This document shows positions 45,376 to 59,100 of a DNA stretch of 64,000 nucleotides, in pieces; within the stretch, counting starts at the first letter, position 1; each line of letters opens with the position of its first letter. This DNA is from the human T2T-CHM13v2.0 reference genome, Homo sapiens. The notes beneath the pieces were generated by a model. It worked only from the letters and a program-made list of their open reading frames with translations, was not told where the DNA came from and made no database searches. The stretch lies in assembly GCF_009914755.1 (NCBI RefSeq), contig NC_060932.1, one strand, 5' to 3'. The translations under genes and the position numbers were made by a program.

Positions 45376-46311
45376 GCACCTATAAAATAAGACAATAATA
45401 ATTCTTACCTCACTGAGTTTTAAGTCTTAAAAAAAAGCTACACTTGTTAAAAGCTTATGACACAGCTTAGCATGTAATGACTGATCTGAAATACTTGAGC
45501 TGTTTTTATTTACAGGTGGGCTGAAATTCACAGGAATATCTCTGCAATTGAAAACTTACAGAGTCCTTCTTGCCTTCTCAGAGCAGTGGAAACATTAAGG
45601 GTTGGGTGGAAGCCAGGGTGCTTGAGGACACGGAGTTAATTTAGACACAGCTCCCACGAGAGGGGCTGTGAGATTAAAAAAATAATCCATTTTAGAGTAT
45701 ACAAGAGCTGCTTCCATAAGTGATCAAGGCAGAAGGGCTGCCCTGGATTTATTCATGTCTGTATTGGAAGTGATGGCACGTGTGTGCTCCCCTTATGTAG
45801 CTACTGTGCTGGGCACACGTACCAAATATACTTAGGAGGGAAAATAATAAATCATTAACAACTATGAGCTTCTCCTTGAATGGAATCATGAGGGGGGAGG
45901 ATCCCCCAAGCAATTCAAACTCAATTACTCTGTTCACAGAGTGTTTGAAATAGAAACAAATGAAGAAGGCAATTGCAGAGGCAGGCAGTATTCATCAGTG
46001 CAGCTGGATGCATTTTGTCCTGGGCCACTGGTTAGATTTTGTAAAATAAAAACAGGAGTAAAAATAATAAGAGTGACCCCTCACATTTGCAGAGCATACC
46101 AGAATTAGCAAAGTCACCTGCTAGTCGTCATCCCCTTGAGTTGTCCTGTAAAGCGCAAATGGTTAATAAATTGTCCAGTGGAGTGACTGGATTTTAGACA
46201 CATCGATGGTCTTCCCCACTGTTACAGACTATCAGCTGTCAGGCCTAGAGCCCAGTCTTTTGGGTCCTTGCTTAGGCTTATTCCAGTTTATTACCAGTGC
46301 TCCTATCTAGT

Positions 46312-46466
46312 AAAGGTCTATTTAGTATAAAATTAGGAAATGGCTCAGCTTTTGTTCTTTCTCTTACAGAAGAGAACAATCCAATAATGAGAACATCCTT
46401 GAGGATCACAGAGTCCAGAGTCCCTAGAGAGAGGGAGAGCAATCATGTCTTCTAGACGGCAAGTTA
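46312..46466 (+). repeat. Copy A of ~155-bp dispersed direct duplication (partner 47338-47489)
   Basis: About 88-90% identical by manual alignment; shared AAATTAGGAAATGGCTCAGCTTTTGTTCTTT and CATCCTTGAGGATCACAGAGTCCAGAGTCCC. Confidence 0.95.
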
Positions 46467-46664
46467 CTTACACATATGTCTAGGTAAGGCCATATGTGTA
46501 GAACGGGTGAGGTGTTTCTTCTGCCATAGACTCTCTCTTGTCTTCCATCTAAGTGTCCTCTGTTCTGCTAGCTTTTTCAATGTCTGAGTCTGGATGAAGG
46601 TGACTCACCTGCATGACAGTGGCTCATGAATTACTGGAGCCCATGGCATCCACCATAGTGACTT

Positions 46665-47047
46665 TGTTAGTTTGTTTGGGCTTTCATAACAAGCACAGAC
46701 TGGGTGACTTACACAACAGAACATTATTTTCTCACAATTCTGGAGGATGGAAGTCTGAGATTAATGTGTAAGCAGGGTTGATTTCTTCTAAGGACCCAGT
46801 CTTTGGCTTGCAAGTGTCTACTATACCCCACTGTGTCTTCATATGGTCTTCCCTCTCTTCATATCTGTGTCCTAATCTCCTCTTCATATTTGGACACTAG
46901 TCATGTTGGATTAGGGCCCACCCTATGACCTCATTTTAACTTCATTACCTATCTAAAAACTCTGTCTCCAAATGCAGTCACATTCTCAGGTACTAGGGGT
47001 TAGACTTCAACATATAAATCTTGAGAGGGACACAATTAGCCTATAAC
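46665..47047 (-). mobile_element. MLT1A-like MaLR LTR
   Basis: CACAGACTGGGTGACTTACACAACAGAA...TTAGGGCCCACCCTATGACCTCATTTTAAC...GGGACACAATTAGCCTATAACA. Confidence 0.85.
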
Positions 47048-47337
47048 AGTGATCTTTAGAGTAGATTCACCTGCCTGTCTCCATCACACTGAGCATGTTA
47101 ATTCACATGTTAGGTATTAGCATTAAAGTGTGCCAGGCTCTGTGCCAATTAGGCCCGTAGTGTAGAGCAGAATGCAATGCAACCACAAGCCCAAACTCAC
47201 AGAGTGAAAGAGGAGCACCTCTCTTATAGTTTGTCAAGTAGCTTTTAGCTGCATTGCAATTCCTACCTTAAAGGTTTGTTGTGAATATTAAAAAGTTTAC
47301 ACACGTAGAATACTTAGAATAAGTGTAGGCAAACAGA

Positions 47338-47489
47338 AAAGGTCTATTCAGTGTAAAATTAGGAAATGGCTCAGCTTTTGTTCTTTTTTTTACAGAGAAG
47401 AACAATCCAATAATGAGAGCATCCTTGAGGATCACAGAGTCCAGAGTCCCAGAGAGAGACAACAATCATGTCTTGTAGATAGCGAGTTA
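47338..47489 (+). repeat. Copy B of ~155-bp duplication
   Basis: Aligns with 46312-46466 and is preceded by a MIR-like 3' end. Confidence 0.95.
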
Positions 47490-47839
47490 AGAGACATCAG
47501 TCGCAACTACTTCAGGCTGACTTGTGATCAGAGACCACCCAAAATGACAGCACGTAGAAAGTCCTGTGTGGCCCTGATTGCACCTATAGGACCAGGTGTT
47601 AGAGAAATAGCTGGCTTCTATCCAAGTTAAGTTCAAGTCTGTAGGACAAGGCATTAGAAAAATCATTGGTCTGTATTTGAGTTAAACTCAAGTCTGCAGG
47701 AGGGCTTCCTTTTGATGCTCTTTGCCCTCAAGGATAAGAAATGGAAGGTATGAACTGTGGGCCTTATATGGGACTATACTTAGAAGGCACTCGGGAAACA
47801 GTCAGTGAAGGCAGAAAAGAAGGGGGACTTGTGAAACCA

Positions 47840-48530
47840 AATCAAAGATAATTTCTCCATGTTTTGGCTTGGCTGATTTGGTATTACTTAGGTGACAAGA
47901 GTAGAGAAGGGAAATCAAAGAGTAGAAAGGGTAATCAAAAGTGATATTCAGATCCTTGAGATATCCATTAGGCATCTACATAGAGATGACTTACGGGCAG
48001 TTGTGCACATAAATCTGGACTTCTAGAGAGAGGTCAGAGCTGGAAGCTCTGGGTTAGGAAAATAAGCATGCCAATGTCATTTAAAGCCCAAGGGCTCGCA
48101 AGGTTAGCTAAGGAGAGTATTCTGAGAGAGAGGAAAGGGGGCTAGATCAATCTTGGTCCTATGCTGGTATTCTTACAGTTAGGGCTTTAATGGAGAAAGA
48201 ACCAGAGAAGATGCTGAGAAAAAGTCACCAAGAATCTGGTGTGTAAAAAGGATAGGGTGGTGTACTGGAAGTCAACAACAACAACAAAAGTGTTTTGAGG
48301 CAGAGGGGGTATTTATTACATTTAATGTGGCTGTAATGCCATTAAATAAAAGAGCAGAAAAGCAACCATTGAATTTGGCAAAATGGAGGGAATTATGTCC
48401 TTGGTAAGAACATATTTAGTAGAGAGGTAGAGGGAAAAACCTAATGGAAGTTAATTGAAAGTAGAATGTGAGATCAGCAAGTGGAAAAAGGGACTATGGT
48501 CAACTGTTTTAATAATGTTTTCAATGAATG
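47840..48530 (-). mobile_element. L2 LINE relic
   Basis: TTGAGATATCCATTAGGCATCTA; GAGAGGTCAGAGCTGGA; CCATTGAATTTGGCAAAATGGAGG. Confidence 0.7.
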
Positions 48531-50407
48531 GGACTCAAATTTTGAATGACCATGAACTTTGCTGTTAGTAGCATCTTACTGACATCTTAGAGATTTGCTG
48601 CCAGAGGGGAACAGAACCAAAACGTAGTAAATTTTCTCAGTTCCAGTTAAAAAAAAAAAAAAGTTGGGATACCATCTTGGGTCAATTAATCATAATCAAG
48701 CACTCCAAAAGAATCTGGAAGCTTCCAGATAAATCTAAGGCTGGGATGGAAGAAAGAGCATTTCTCAGATGCGGACTGACATGAGGGGAAGGGATGTTTT
48801 TGGGTAGAGGAGGAGTGGTGCTGGATAAATAAAGCAGAATATAAGGACCAGATAATTGGTTCACTAAATGTACGTGACAACTATGTGAGGCAGATAGGGG
48901 AGTATTTCACAGTTTATGCAGGAAGAGACAGGCTCCTGCAGCTCCCCAGTGCAGAGTATAAATTCATACCCAGATGTAAAGGGCTTCCAAGAGCTTATAC
49001 TCATTTCAAATAGTTATATAATGTCATGCATTGAAAGTCAATGCTATATTTAAACAGCCGTAGAAACAGAAGAAGTGGATCTTTAGGAGTTAAGCAGTTG
49101 TTTTCTGGAAACTCTCCTGTGCCCTATCAATGATGCCACATGGGTGCTATTTACTTTGCCCACCCATGAAGACCACCTGAGGGTCAGGAATAGGTGACAT
49201 TCTTTTCTAGGGATCTCAGCAGAGTTCTCTTCATGTATGCTCTGCTAAAATTGTTAAACCATGAGAAGTACTTTTTTGCATAAATAAGCTTTTAAAATCC
49301 TATTTTGCTGTGTTTCTCTTCTATTAATTTAAGCAAGCAGCTCAAGATCTCATGAACTCAAGATAGTACATCTTCTTTACTTGGTCATGTCTAGACTCAT
49401 TTATATGCTTTGAGAGGAAAAAGTGAAAAGCAAATAATCACTCTTGGTTCTGATTCATTATTAAGTGTCTGTGAATGTGTGTGTGTGTCTTTTTCTCAGG
49501 CAACAATATGATAATGCCATATTTTATATAAGAGAATAAGCCTATGGTCATAGAAGTATTATTTAAAGAAAAACACACAGTAACAAAAGTGATTTGGGGT
49601 TATCTGGAGCTACATTTTATTTTGTATGTGATATAATTATATGTGGACTTGATTTTGATAATCTAGACTCTCCTGTCTATAAAACTGCTGAAATGTCAGG
49701 CCCTATTTTGTATTTGCCTTGTCCTGGTAGTTTAAGATAGTGCTGATTTCTAAGGGTAGCTTGTGGAAGTGAAGAAATTATGAGAGTATCAGATTTGTTG
49801 CTTAGTGTATGCTCAGCCTCTTAGATTACACATTGAGCTAATCATTATAATTTGTTGTGAGAAAATAAATATTTTTCAACTCCAGTCTGATTCTTGAATA
49901 ATAGGATTGGGCAGATCAAGGCTGGGCCTTTACAGTGACCTGCTGTACATGTGTGTGGTTAATCTACAGTCAGCATCACATGAAGGCAGTCTAGTGTAGC
50001 AAAAGGAAATGGAGTTTGGATTCCAACAGTTTGGAGTCAATTGAGTTACTTCTGCATCTTACTACTTCTTTGATTTGTGGTATATTATGGCTTCTTTGGG
50101 TCAAGTTTTCTGATTCTTAAAGCTGCAATGATAATATGTAGGTTTAAGGATTTTCATGAACTTTCAGAAAATTATGGTAAATAGCAGTGCCAGTTCAGCA
50201 TATGGGAGACCCCTGGAAGGATGTTTCTTTCTTACTATGCTGGCTTTTTTATTTTCTGTCTGCTTATGTCAAATGGTGATCATAGAAGCATGAACACCAG
50301 TGGAATTATGGTCATCCTCGTAAACAGAGCTTTAAGAAATCAGTAAAGATTGACATTACGAGTACACAGCTCTTCTTGTTCAACTTTCCAAAGGATAAAA
50401 AATTGTC

Positions 50408-50694
50408 AGCCGGGCGTGGTGGCTCATGCCTGTAATCCCAGCACTTTGAGAGGCTGAGGTGGGTGGATCATGAGGTCAAGAGATGGAAACCATCCTGGTC
50501 AACATGGTGAAACCCCAACTCTACTAAAAATACAAAAATTAGCTGGACCTGGTGGCACGCACCTGTAGTCCCAGCTACTCAGGAGGCTGAGGCAGGATAA
50601 TTGCTTGAACCTGGGAGGCAGATGTTCAGTGTGCGGAGATCCCTCCACTGCACTCCAGCCTGGGCTACAGAGCGAGACTGTCACGAAAAAAAAA
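50408..50694 (+). mobile_element. AluSc-like
   Basis: GAGGTCAAGAGATGGAAACCATCCTGG. TSD AAAAAA(T/C)TGTCA. Confidence 0.93.
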
Positions 50695-52275
50695 CTGTCA
50701 AAATTGTACTAAAACAAACAAAAATATATGATCTGTATTTTACCGTGTATCATGTCATAATAGCAGCACAATATAAACATCAGTATTTTTTTAATTATGA
50801 ATAATTAATGGCTGCCCTGACCAAAAAGAGTATGGTCTCTTCATACATTGTCTTCATGCTGTATCTAAGGGATAGTGAGTATTCCCTGTTATGCTCTATA
50901 TTTGGCTATACTGATATCATGAGATTTCACAATTTCTGCCCTGAATGTGAATGGCTTATAAAATTAATAAAAACAGACCAAAAATAGCATTATTTGTAAA
51001 ATGTCTATGGATTTTCTGAGAACTAGCTTATATTTTATTACAGTTGATGCTCCCGGTAATTTTATAGAAGGGCATTAGTATACCCATGCTATTTTAATAG
51101 ATGAGGAAGCTGAGGCCTGAGGAGTTTAACCAAGGCAAGGAGCACCAGTGATATTTGAACAAGGACATTTGTCCTTCAGCCCAGCTCAGAGCTTATATTG
51201 AAAATAGCTAATTATTGTTTCAAGTCAGTTATTCTGGGTCAGTATTTTGTTTGACACATAGGATATATTTGACACATAGGATATATTCAGCAAAATGATG
51301 TGGAGCGTTGCCTTAAAAATGAAAGTGTATGTAAATGGGAAGGGGGTATGGAGAGATAAACCTGAGATTCAAATTCAACTTGGATTTATTAATGGCTACT
51401 TTGTACTAGCCATTCTCAGTGATCTTCTTCTGAAATATGATTGAATTGTCTCAACATACTCATTTTCAGTTAAGGAAACCAAATTTTAGAGATATAAAAT
51501 AACTTGATTAAGGACACACATCCAGCAGATATGGGAGCTAGAATTTGAATGCAGCTTTCCTTAATACAAGCCCAGTGCTATCTGTATTGTTTCCAATGTG
51601 TAGTTCATGAATACAAAGGCATTTCATCAGGCCTATAGAAATTCACAAAAAAAAACTTATTTCAGAATTTTCTAAGTGTAAGGTATGAAGTGTGTGTGTA
51701 ATAGAATTCTCTTGCTTATTTGTAATTGTGCACCTATGAAAATCCTTATAATCACAACATATATAAAAATCAAGTGGTATTTTATGGATAAGCAGCCAGA
51801 AACTGTGACTCTTCATGTTAAGACAGAACAAAGATCTGAACTGACAGTTTTCAAGACCAGTTTAAAAGTCAGACACACGCGTAAATGAAGGGTCTTTTTG
51901 TATCTCCTTGTTGGTACTAACAAGAATACACCAGTCCACGTCACCACATTGCCATTTGTCGTGCACCTGGCAAGCTAAGAACTGAGCAGAAGCTGATCAG
52001 AAAACTTTTTATGAGAAAACCCATCCTGAGAATGAGCTAAATGATGGGAATTTATTTTTAAAGTGTGAGTCAGTGCTTTGAGAGCCAGTATGAAATGCCT
52101 AATGCATGGGAGATCCATAATACTGGGAATTCATTAAATGTTGATGAATTGAATGAAATGGAAAATTCCTTGGATTGCTTCATTGTATTCATGATTCTGG
52201 TAATCCTAGAACTACATGAACTATTTCTCTTGTATTTTGGACCCATTTGGAAGTCACCCAGAAAGGCTTCCTGAA

Positions 52276-52569
<294 letters not shown>

Positions 52570-53020
52570 CTGAAATGTGTTTTATGAGGATCAGGGGTTT
52601 AGGATTCCTGTCATTGATCTATACCAGCTCAATAACATTGGGTAAAACATCTAACCCTTCTAAGCCCACCTGTTTTTGTGTCCTCAGATATAAATCTATT
52701 TTCAAATGGAGATTATAGAAATCACCCCTTCATTTTATAAGTGAAACACATGAAGCCCACAGAGCTTGCTTAATGTCACAGTAGTCTTTACTGTGCTTTA
52801 CAGTAGTTGAGATAATGGAATTTTAAAATAACAATGAAAATGAATAACATTGTTACCAGGTATATGGCCTTGAGCAATTCATTTAACTCTTTTGGCCTCA
52901 GTTTTTTCGTCTGTATAATTGAGGGTGTTGATAGTATCAATCACGGAAGTTAGGATGAGATAAAATAACCTTAAAACATTTAGCACAATGTCTGGTATGT
53001 GAGAGCACCCAATTTCCTCT

Positions 53021-53043
53021 TTTTTCTTTTCTTTTCTTTCTTG

Positions 53044-53099
<56 letters not shown>

Positions 53100-53101
53100 T
53101 C
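53021..53101. repeat. (TTTC)n tetranucleotide microsatellite
   Basis: About 14 near-perfect CTTT units plus a degenerate lead-in. Confidence 0.97.
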
Positions 53102-53459
53102 ATGTCACCTCCTCTCTGCTAGGCTCTGTGCTAGTGAGAGGTATATGACTGTGACAACTACAGATCAGCTCTCAGTCTCATAAATAATGCAACCCAGCAA
53201 GGAACACATACATGATAAAAACACATATTATTTTTAAAATAGTCCTTGTGATAATTGCTATGAAAAAAACAACATGAAAATATAATACCAATTGAAAGAA
53301 GAATAGGATCCAGAAAAGCATCTTAAGGAAAAGTCATCTTTAGCAGAAACCTGAAGAACACCTAAATTGAGAAGATGTCATAAGAAATCTAAGTGTCAAA
53401 AAAACAACAACACGTAAATTCAGGTAAAGAGTGGGCAATTAATGTTAAGTAGAAGAAAC

Positions 53460-53775
53460 AGAAGCCGTCATTCTCAGCAAACTAACACAGGAACAGAAAA
53501 CCAAATACCACATATTCGACTCATAAGTGGGAGTTGAACAATGAGAACACATGGACACAGGGAGGAGAACATCGCATACCAGGGCCTGTTGTGGGGGTCG
53601 GGGGCAAGGGGAGGAATAGCATTAGGACAAATACCTAATGTATGGAGGGCTTAATACCTAGATGAAGGCTGAGAGGTGCAGCAAACCACCACGGCATATA
53701 TATACCTATGTAACAAACCTGCATATTCTTCACATGTATTCTGGAACTTAAACAAGAAAAAAAAACACAAAAAAT
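53460..53775 (+). mobile_element. Short 3' fragment of primate L1 (about L1PA8-10)
   Basis: CATTCTCAGCAAACTAACACAGGAACAGAAAACC...GTGCAGCAAACCACC...A-rich tail. Confidence 0.9.
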
Positions 53776-54379
53776 AGCATGTGCTAAAATATGCAAGCAT
53801 AAAGACCTAAGAGACAGTCACAAGTCCCTCTGTGATGGTCTCCATGCCTGCGTTCCAAGCATATCTCCCATTGTTTCCCCATGAACTCTTCACTCCAGCC
53901 GTACAAAACTACCATAGCTCCTCTGCCACAGTATCTGGGGTACTTCCCCTCTCTTCTCCAACATCTTATTCCCAGTTTCCTTTCAAGATCAGCTGAAACA
54001 CCTCTCCTGGAAAGCTTGCCTTAATGCCACTGACTTGAAGATGCACTTTCTGTGACTGCTCATACAGTCAGCATCGCAGAACATACCAGGCTTTATCATA
54101 ATGGTTTATCCATATGTTCCGTCGCTTTATGTATTATGAGCTTCTTAAAATGAGTATTCATAATGCAACCCCCATATGACTCTACAAGGGCATATGTGTG
54201 TGTATCTTTGTGCAGAGTACATGTTGAATAATGCATGAACACTATAAAATATATAAGATTGTTATTCTCATGAAAATTATTAAGAATTAGTAATAGTTGC
54301 AAAAGGACTCTGAGAAAGCTTCAAAAAATATCTTCTTTACAATTTTTTTGACAGAGTTGGTCAAAAATGCCATCAATGG

Positions 54380-54810
54380 TTTATGTTCCACTTCCATAGT
54401 CTCATAATTTTTGCTGGCAGCAGATACCCAGCCAGGATATACAAGTTCCGCACCAGTTTATATCTAGGTGGGGTCCTATTACTAAGAAGGTCCTATGACC
54501 AAGAGAAGGTAGGAAAAAGTCATATGAGCCACTTCCAGGCTAAACCACTTTCTGTGGCATTCTTCACATACTGTCTCTCCCAACCTGACTACTAGATTCC
54601 CAGAGTGTCCATGGAAGCCATGTGGTCAATGAAGATGGGAAAGTCTTTGTTATCTACTTCCATAATTGATTGGATTGGAAGGAATTCCTTCATCTACTCA
54701 TCCAATGACTGGACATTATTTAAGCGAGAAATACCTTGTACTTATGGCAAATTACTGCAAATTTGAGGTTTTCCGTTTTAGCAGTAGAGGTTCCGTAACG
54801 AATACGCTTT
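54380..54810 (+). mobile_element. Old MLT1 MaLR LTR
   Basis: CCACTTCCAGGCTAAACCA...GGAAGCCATGTG...AAATTTGAGG...TAGCAGTAG. Confidence 0.55.
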
Positions 54811-55532
54811 GTATCAAGTGTTTTCTATGTGCCAGTCTCTGTGCTAATATTAAAGATACTCAAGTAAAGCAGTCTTTAAGCTTTGAAAAAGCAGAGATAT
54901 AACTGACAACATTGTGAAGTGGAACTGACCACCATGATGATCTGCAAACGTGAGGCTTTCAGAGCTGAGAATATGGGGCTGTCATTTCCTGTATTTTGTA
55001 AATGATGAACTTGTTTCTTTTCACGATAAGCGTGCTTCTTTAGATATGCCATAGGTGGGGCTGCAACATAACAATAATGGCTGTCTCCAAATCTGGCAGG
55101 TCATCGGAATCTCCTGAAAAGACCTTTCCTTTATTTTTTTAAGTGAATATTTTTTGGATCTATTTTGCATAAGTATTGTTCTCTAAGTATGAGTTGGGAC
55201 CAAGTATGTTTGTGGACACCATCCATGTGGATGATTGGCTAAGTTTGGGAACTACTTATTCAGGTGACCTTTAAAATGTATCCTAAATATGCAATCCCAA
55301 ATGGCTATTCGTCAGCTTCCTCCATCTTCAAGCTGCCACTAAGCCCACCCCCTTCTCACTTTTAGAGATAACCTTGCCTTTTACTTCATGGAGAAAATTG
55401 GAGCCATCTAAAAATAATGATTCTATCTTTTCCCTACCAAGCGTCTAGCTTGTACCTATATACTCTGCTCTCACTCCTGTTACAAGGTTGAACTGTTCCT
55501 ACATTGTTGACTTTTCCTACTCAAACAAACAC

Positions 55533-55698
55533 TGTGTGTGTGTGTGTGTATATATACACATATATACATGCATATACATATATATGTGTGTATATATACA
55601 TATATACATATATGTTGTGCATGTACATATATACATATATGTGTGTATGTACATATATACATATATGTGTGTATATACATATATACATATATATATAT
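55533..55698. repeat. Compound (TG)n/(TA)n/(TACA)n alternating purine-pyrimidine microsatellite
   Basis: About 165 bp of nearly continuous RY alternation. Confidence 0.95.
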
Positions 55699-55799
55699 AA
55701 AATCCCCTCTTCTAAAATAATACATTTTTTTTATATTGGATCAATTCTGCTTGCCTACAAAAATCTGTGATAGTTTTGTCTTTTACAAAATAAACCTAG

Positions 55800-56150
55800 C
55801 TAATTCCCTTCTCTACTCATTTCAAGTTTTCTTTTATAACAAAGCTACGGAAAATGTCCTAAATATTTGATTACTCTATACCTTCTGTCCTTTTTTTTTT
55901 GACTCTTCACATTCAGGCTTTTATATCATAGTTTCTTTGTTTCTGCTCTTGGCATGATCTCTAAAGACCTCAATGCTATGAATTCCCTGCTTCTCCATCC
56001 TCTGATGATCAGGTATCTCAGCAGCATTTGACATTGCAGATCTCCTTCTATTTGAAATATTTTTTCTACTTGGGTTCTGGGATGCCACACCTTCGGGATC
56101 TCCTCCCATTTTATTGCCCAGTCCTGCTTACCCCTGCTCATCTTTCTTAC
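55800..56150 (+). mobile_element. L2 LINE relic
   Basis: TCTCAGCAGCATTTGACA...CTCCTTCTATTTGAAATATTTTTTCTACTTGGGTTCTGGGATGCCACAC. Confidence 0.75.
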
Positions 56151-59100
56151 CTTGTCTCTCATTACATGATTCCACATACACTGCACAGCAGCTCCACCAG
56201 ATGACATAACCATTTTCTAACACTCTTTGTTCTATAGTCAGCCCAAATGCTCATCTGTTTTTCTCAAGCCCAAAAGGGCCTTCCCTATGAGACAGACATT
56301 CACATTCTTTGCAATAGGTCTATAAGGATGGAAATTGCTTGATTATAGACCAACGTGGGGAGTTGGGGAAGATATAACAATTCCTCCTCAAACATTGATG
56401 CATTGGCTCTCTGAAGCAAGTCTTCCAATGTTCTCGTTATCATTGTCTTTCTCTATAAAAGAAAATGCTTATAGCAAAGCTTTCTGTGTATTTGGCATGT
56501 GCAGTGCAGGTAGGCTATTCTTCTCCTTTCCACATGCCTATTTTTATTTTAGGTAGGAGTGATGGAACTTTTTTTGGGAATGGGCAGAATGTAACAGAAA
56601 GTAACAGAAAACTCAACTCGTTTCCACAACTGGGATTAAGACATACTGAGTCTACCTGGCAGACTTCGAGTGAATGGAAAATCCTGAGAAACAATTTAGT
56701 CTAAGGAGTGCTAAAATGTTCAGATTTCCAAGAGACACCAGAGATCTGGAGGAGAAAACCAGTGCCAGGGACAAAGTGAGGCTGATGCCTGAGTCTTTTC
56801 CAAGCTAGAAACTAAAGAAGCTGATGATTGTCCCTGAGGATAAATAAAGACTAATATGTAACTTAAACAAATCCACTTTTTTATTCTTTCAACACATGTA
56901 TATTAAGAACTTAGTATTGGAATGTGCAATTCTGGCCCTTGAAATACGCCAAGAAATAAAAGGAATTCTTGCTGTCATGCTGCTTATGTTCTAGCAAAGG
57001 AAGACAGAAAACAAATAATATATTTAACATTAGATGTATTACTTGCTAGATGGTGATAAATGATGTGAAAAAGAAAAATTATAATAGCATAAAGGGCATG
57101 GAGGCAGACTGCAATTTCAAAAAGGATAATCAGGGTGAGATAATAATCTTTGAACTATTACCTCATCATCTAGAGCTATGGAAAACCAGCAAATATTTTT
57201 GCACAAGTACTCACTTCTTCATATAGGCATTAAAAGGTAATCAAATAGCTCTTTGCAACGTTCCAAGACAAAGATGTTCTATTGAAGATATATACCTAAA
57301 CTTAGTGATAGCTTGAAAAGCAAGCAAGCATGCTATGGAACCAGTTGAAAAGAATTTGGCTCAGAGGAATGGGAGCTTTCCTTTTCCTTGTAGTGTTTTA
57401 TTTATTTGTTGTGACACTTGAGGTGTGAACACATCTGTGGTCTAAATTATCAGCTGTGAAGTAATGGGAGGTCTTAGATTGATATGGGTAGTTGAATAGA
57501 CACAATTCCAGCTTTGAGTTCAGCAATTTCAACCCTGGCTTAGATAAGAGTTTACTCAGGAAAACAATTGGGGTAGAAATAGCAAACCCTAGACTTGGCA
57601 GATCCTCAGAAAATGACAATACCAGTGTTATTGAGAATCAACAGGGAATGGGGCATATACGTTTTTGATTCACTAAAGAATATAAAGCATGGGAAAGAAT
57701 AGATTCATGAGAACTTTGTGAGATGCTTAGAAATACTTTGAGAGCCATGGTGTTTGACTATGAATAGTGTGAACTTGACCTGGCTATAATTGAGTTAATT
57801 AGAATATAACATAATTTGTTCTCAGTGTCAAGTGTAGTTTAGTGATACCTTATTTACAGATACATAGGCACACTCATAAATCTGGAAGTGATATGCTTCA
57901 AGTTCTGGGTTTAAATGCCTGCAAAGAATTCTTAGTGACGTATTTATCGTTAAGTATCTTCTACATTCCATTTATTAAGCAAACTGAGGTTTAATAAATG
58001 TTTATCATCTTTGATTTTCCAATATTCAATATTCTTCTAGTATCACCTTGGTTTGCTTTTGAAAACTAGCGTTTCTTACATTGTGTGTAATCTTGGTGGG
58101 AGAAAATGCCTATCTCCTACTGCCAACGTTTATGAGAGCCAACCCCCTTCTCCTTGCACCAGATGAAACCTGAATTGTGCTGTAATGGTGACCCAGTGAC
58201 ATCCAAAATGTCATTCTCTCCAGAGTGTTAGAAATCTAAGCCATTGATGGAAGGACATGAAAAACAAATATAGTAAATGCGACAATGTAGACACTTCCTG
58301 CTTTACAATCAACTCTGTGTTTCTTAAGACCTCACCATCTCTATGACTTTATTCCTCTATGTTCCCAACAGCCTGGGGAGATAACTGACATACTGCTTAC
58401 AAGGGGCTTATGGGCTCTTGTTTTGTATAAATATTTTTCATCATCTGGTATCTTATTCTTAAAATATATATTCAATAATCATTTTAAGGACCTACTTGGT
58501 CAGTAAGTCCCTATTTAGTGTCAAGCAATGTCCAGGTAACTTAGGTCACATTAAACTGCTTAAGGAATTAGACCCACTCTCAGGAAGCTTACAGTCTATT
58601 TCTAGGGATTATACATTTGCAAAAGCAACAATTGTTAACAGTCACATATTAAACAAGAGGTGGTCAGGAAGAGAGTACTATGAAAAACCATAGATATAAA
58701 AACTATTAAAGTATGAGGATCAGGGAAAACTTTGTTGCAGAATTTTGAGATACTTTTGGAATGGTTTAGTCCTATGGCAATGGGAGAGGAAGCACCAGTA
58801 AGAACAATAAAATCAGCCAATGCTTTATTCACATATGTGCCTGCCACTTTATTATTGGCATTGCACTCTGCACACACTGACTTTTTTTTTCAACCCAGCA
58901 GTGAGAAAATATTTCCTATCACTTTAAATAAATTAAAATATAATCTCTAAAGCTACAATGTTGTCCCTTAGTGTAAGACATACAGCAATACTTTGAATAT
59001 GAACTCAAAAATAACATGTTATAACTCTTTCAAAGGTAGAAATTCAGACAAAAATAAGTACTTAATGGAGACAATCTAGAAAATGGAGACAATCTGACTG

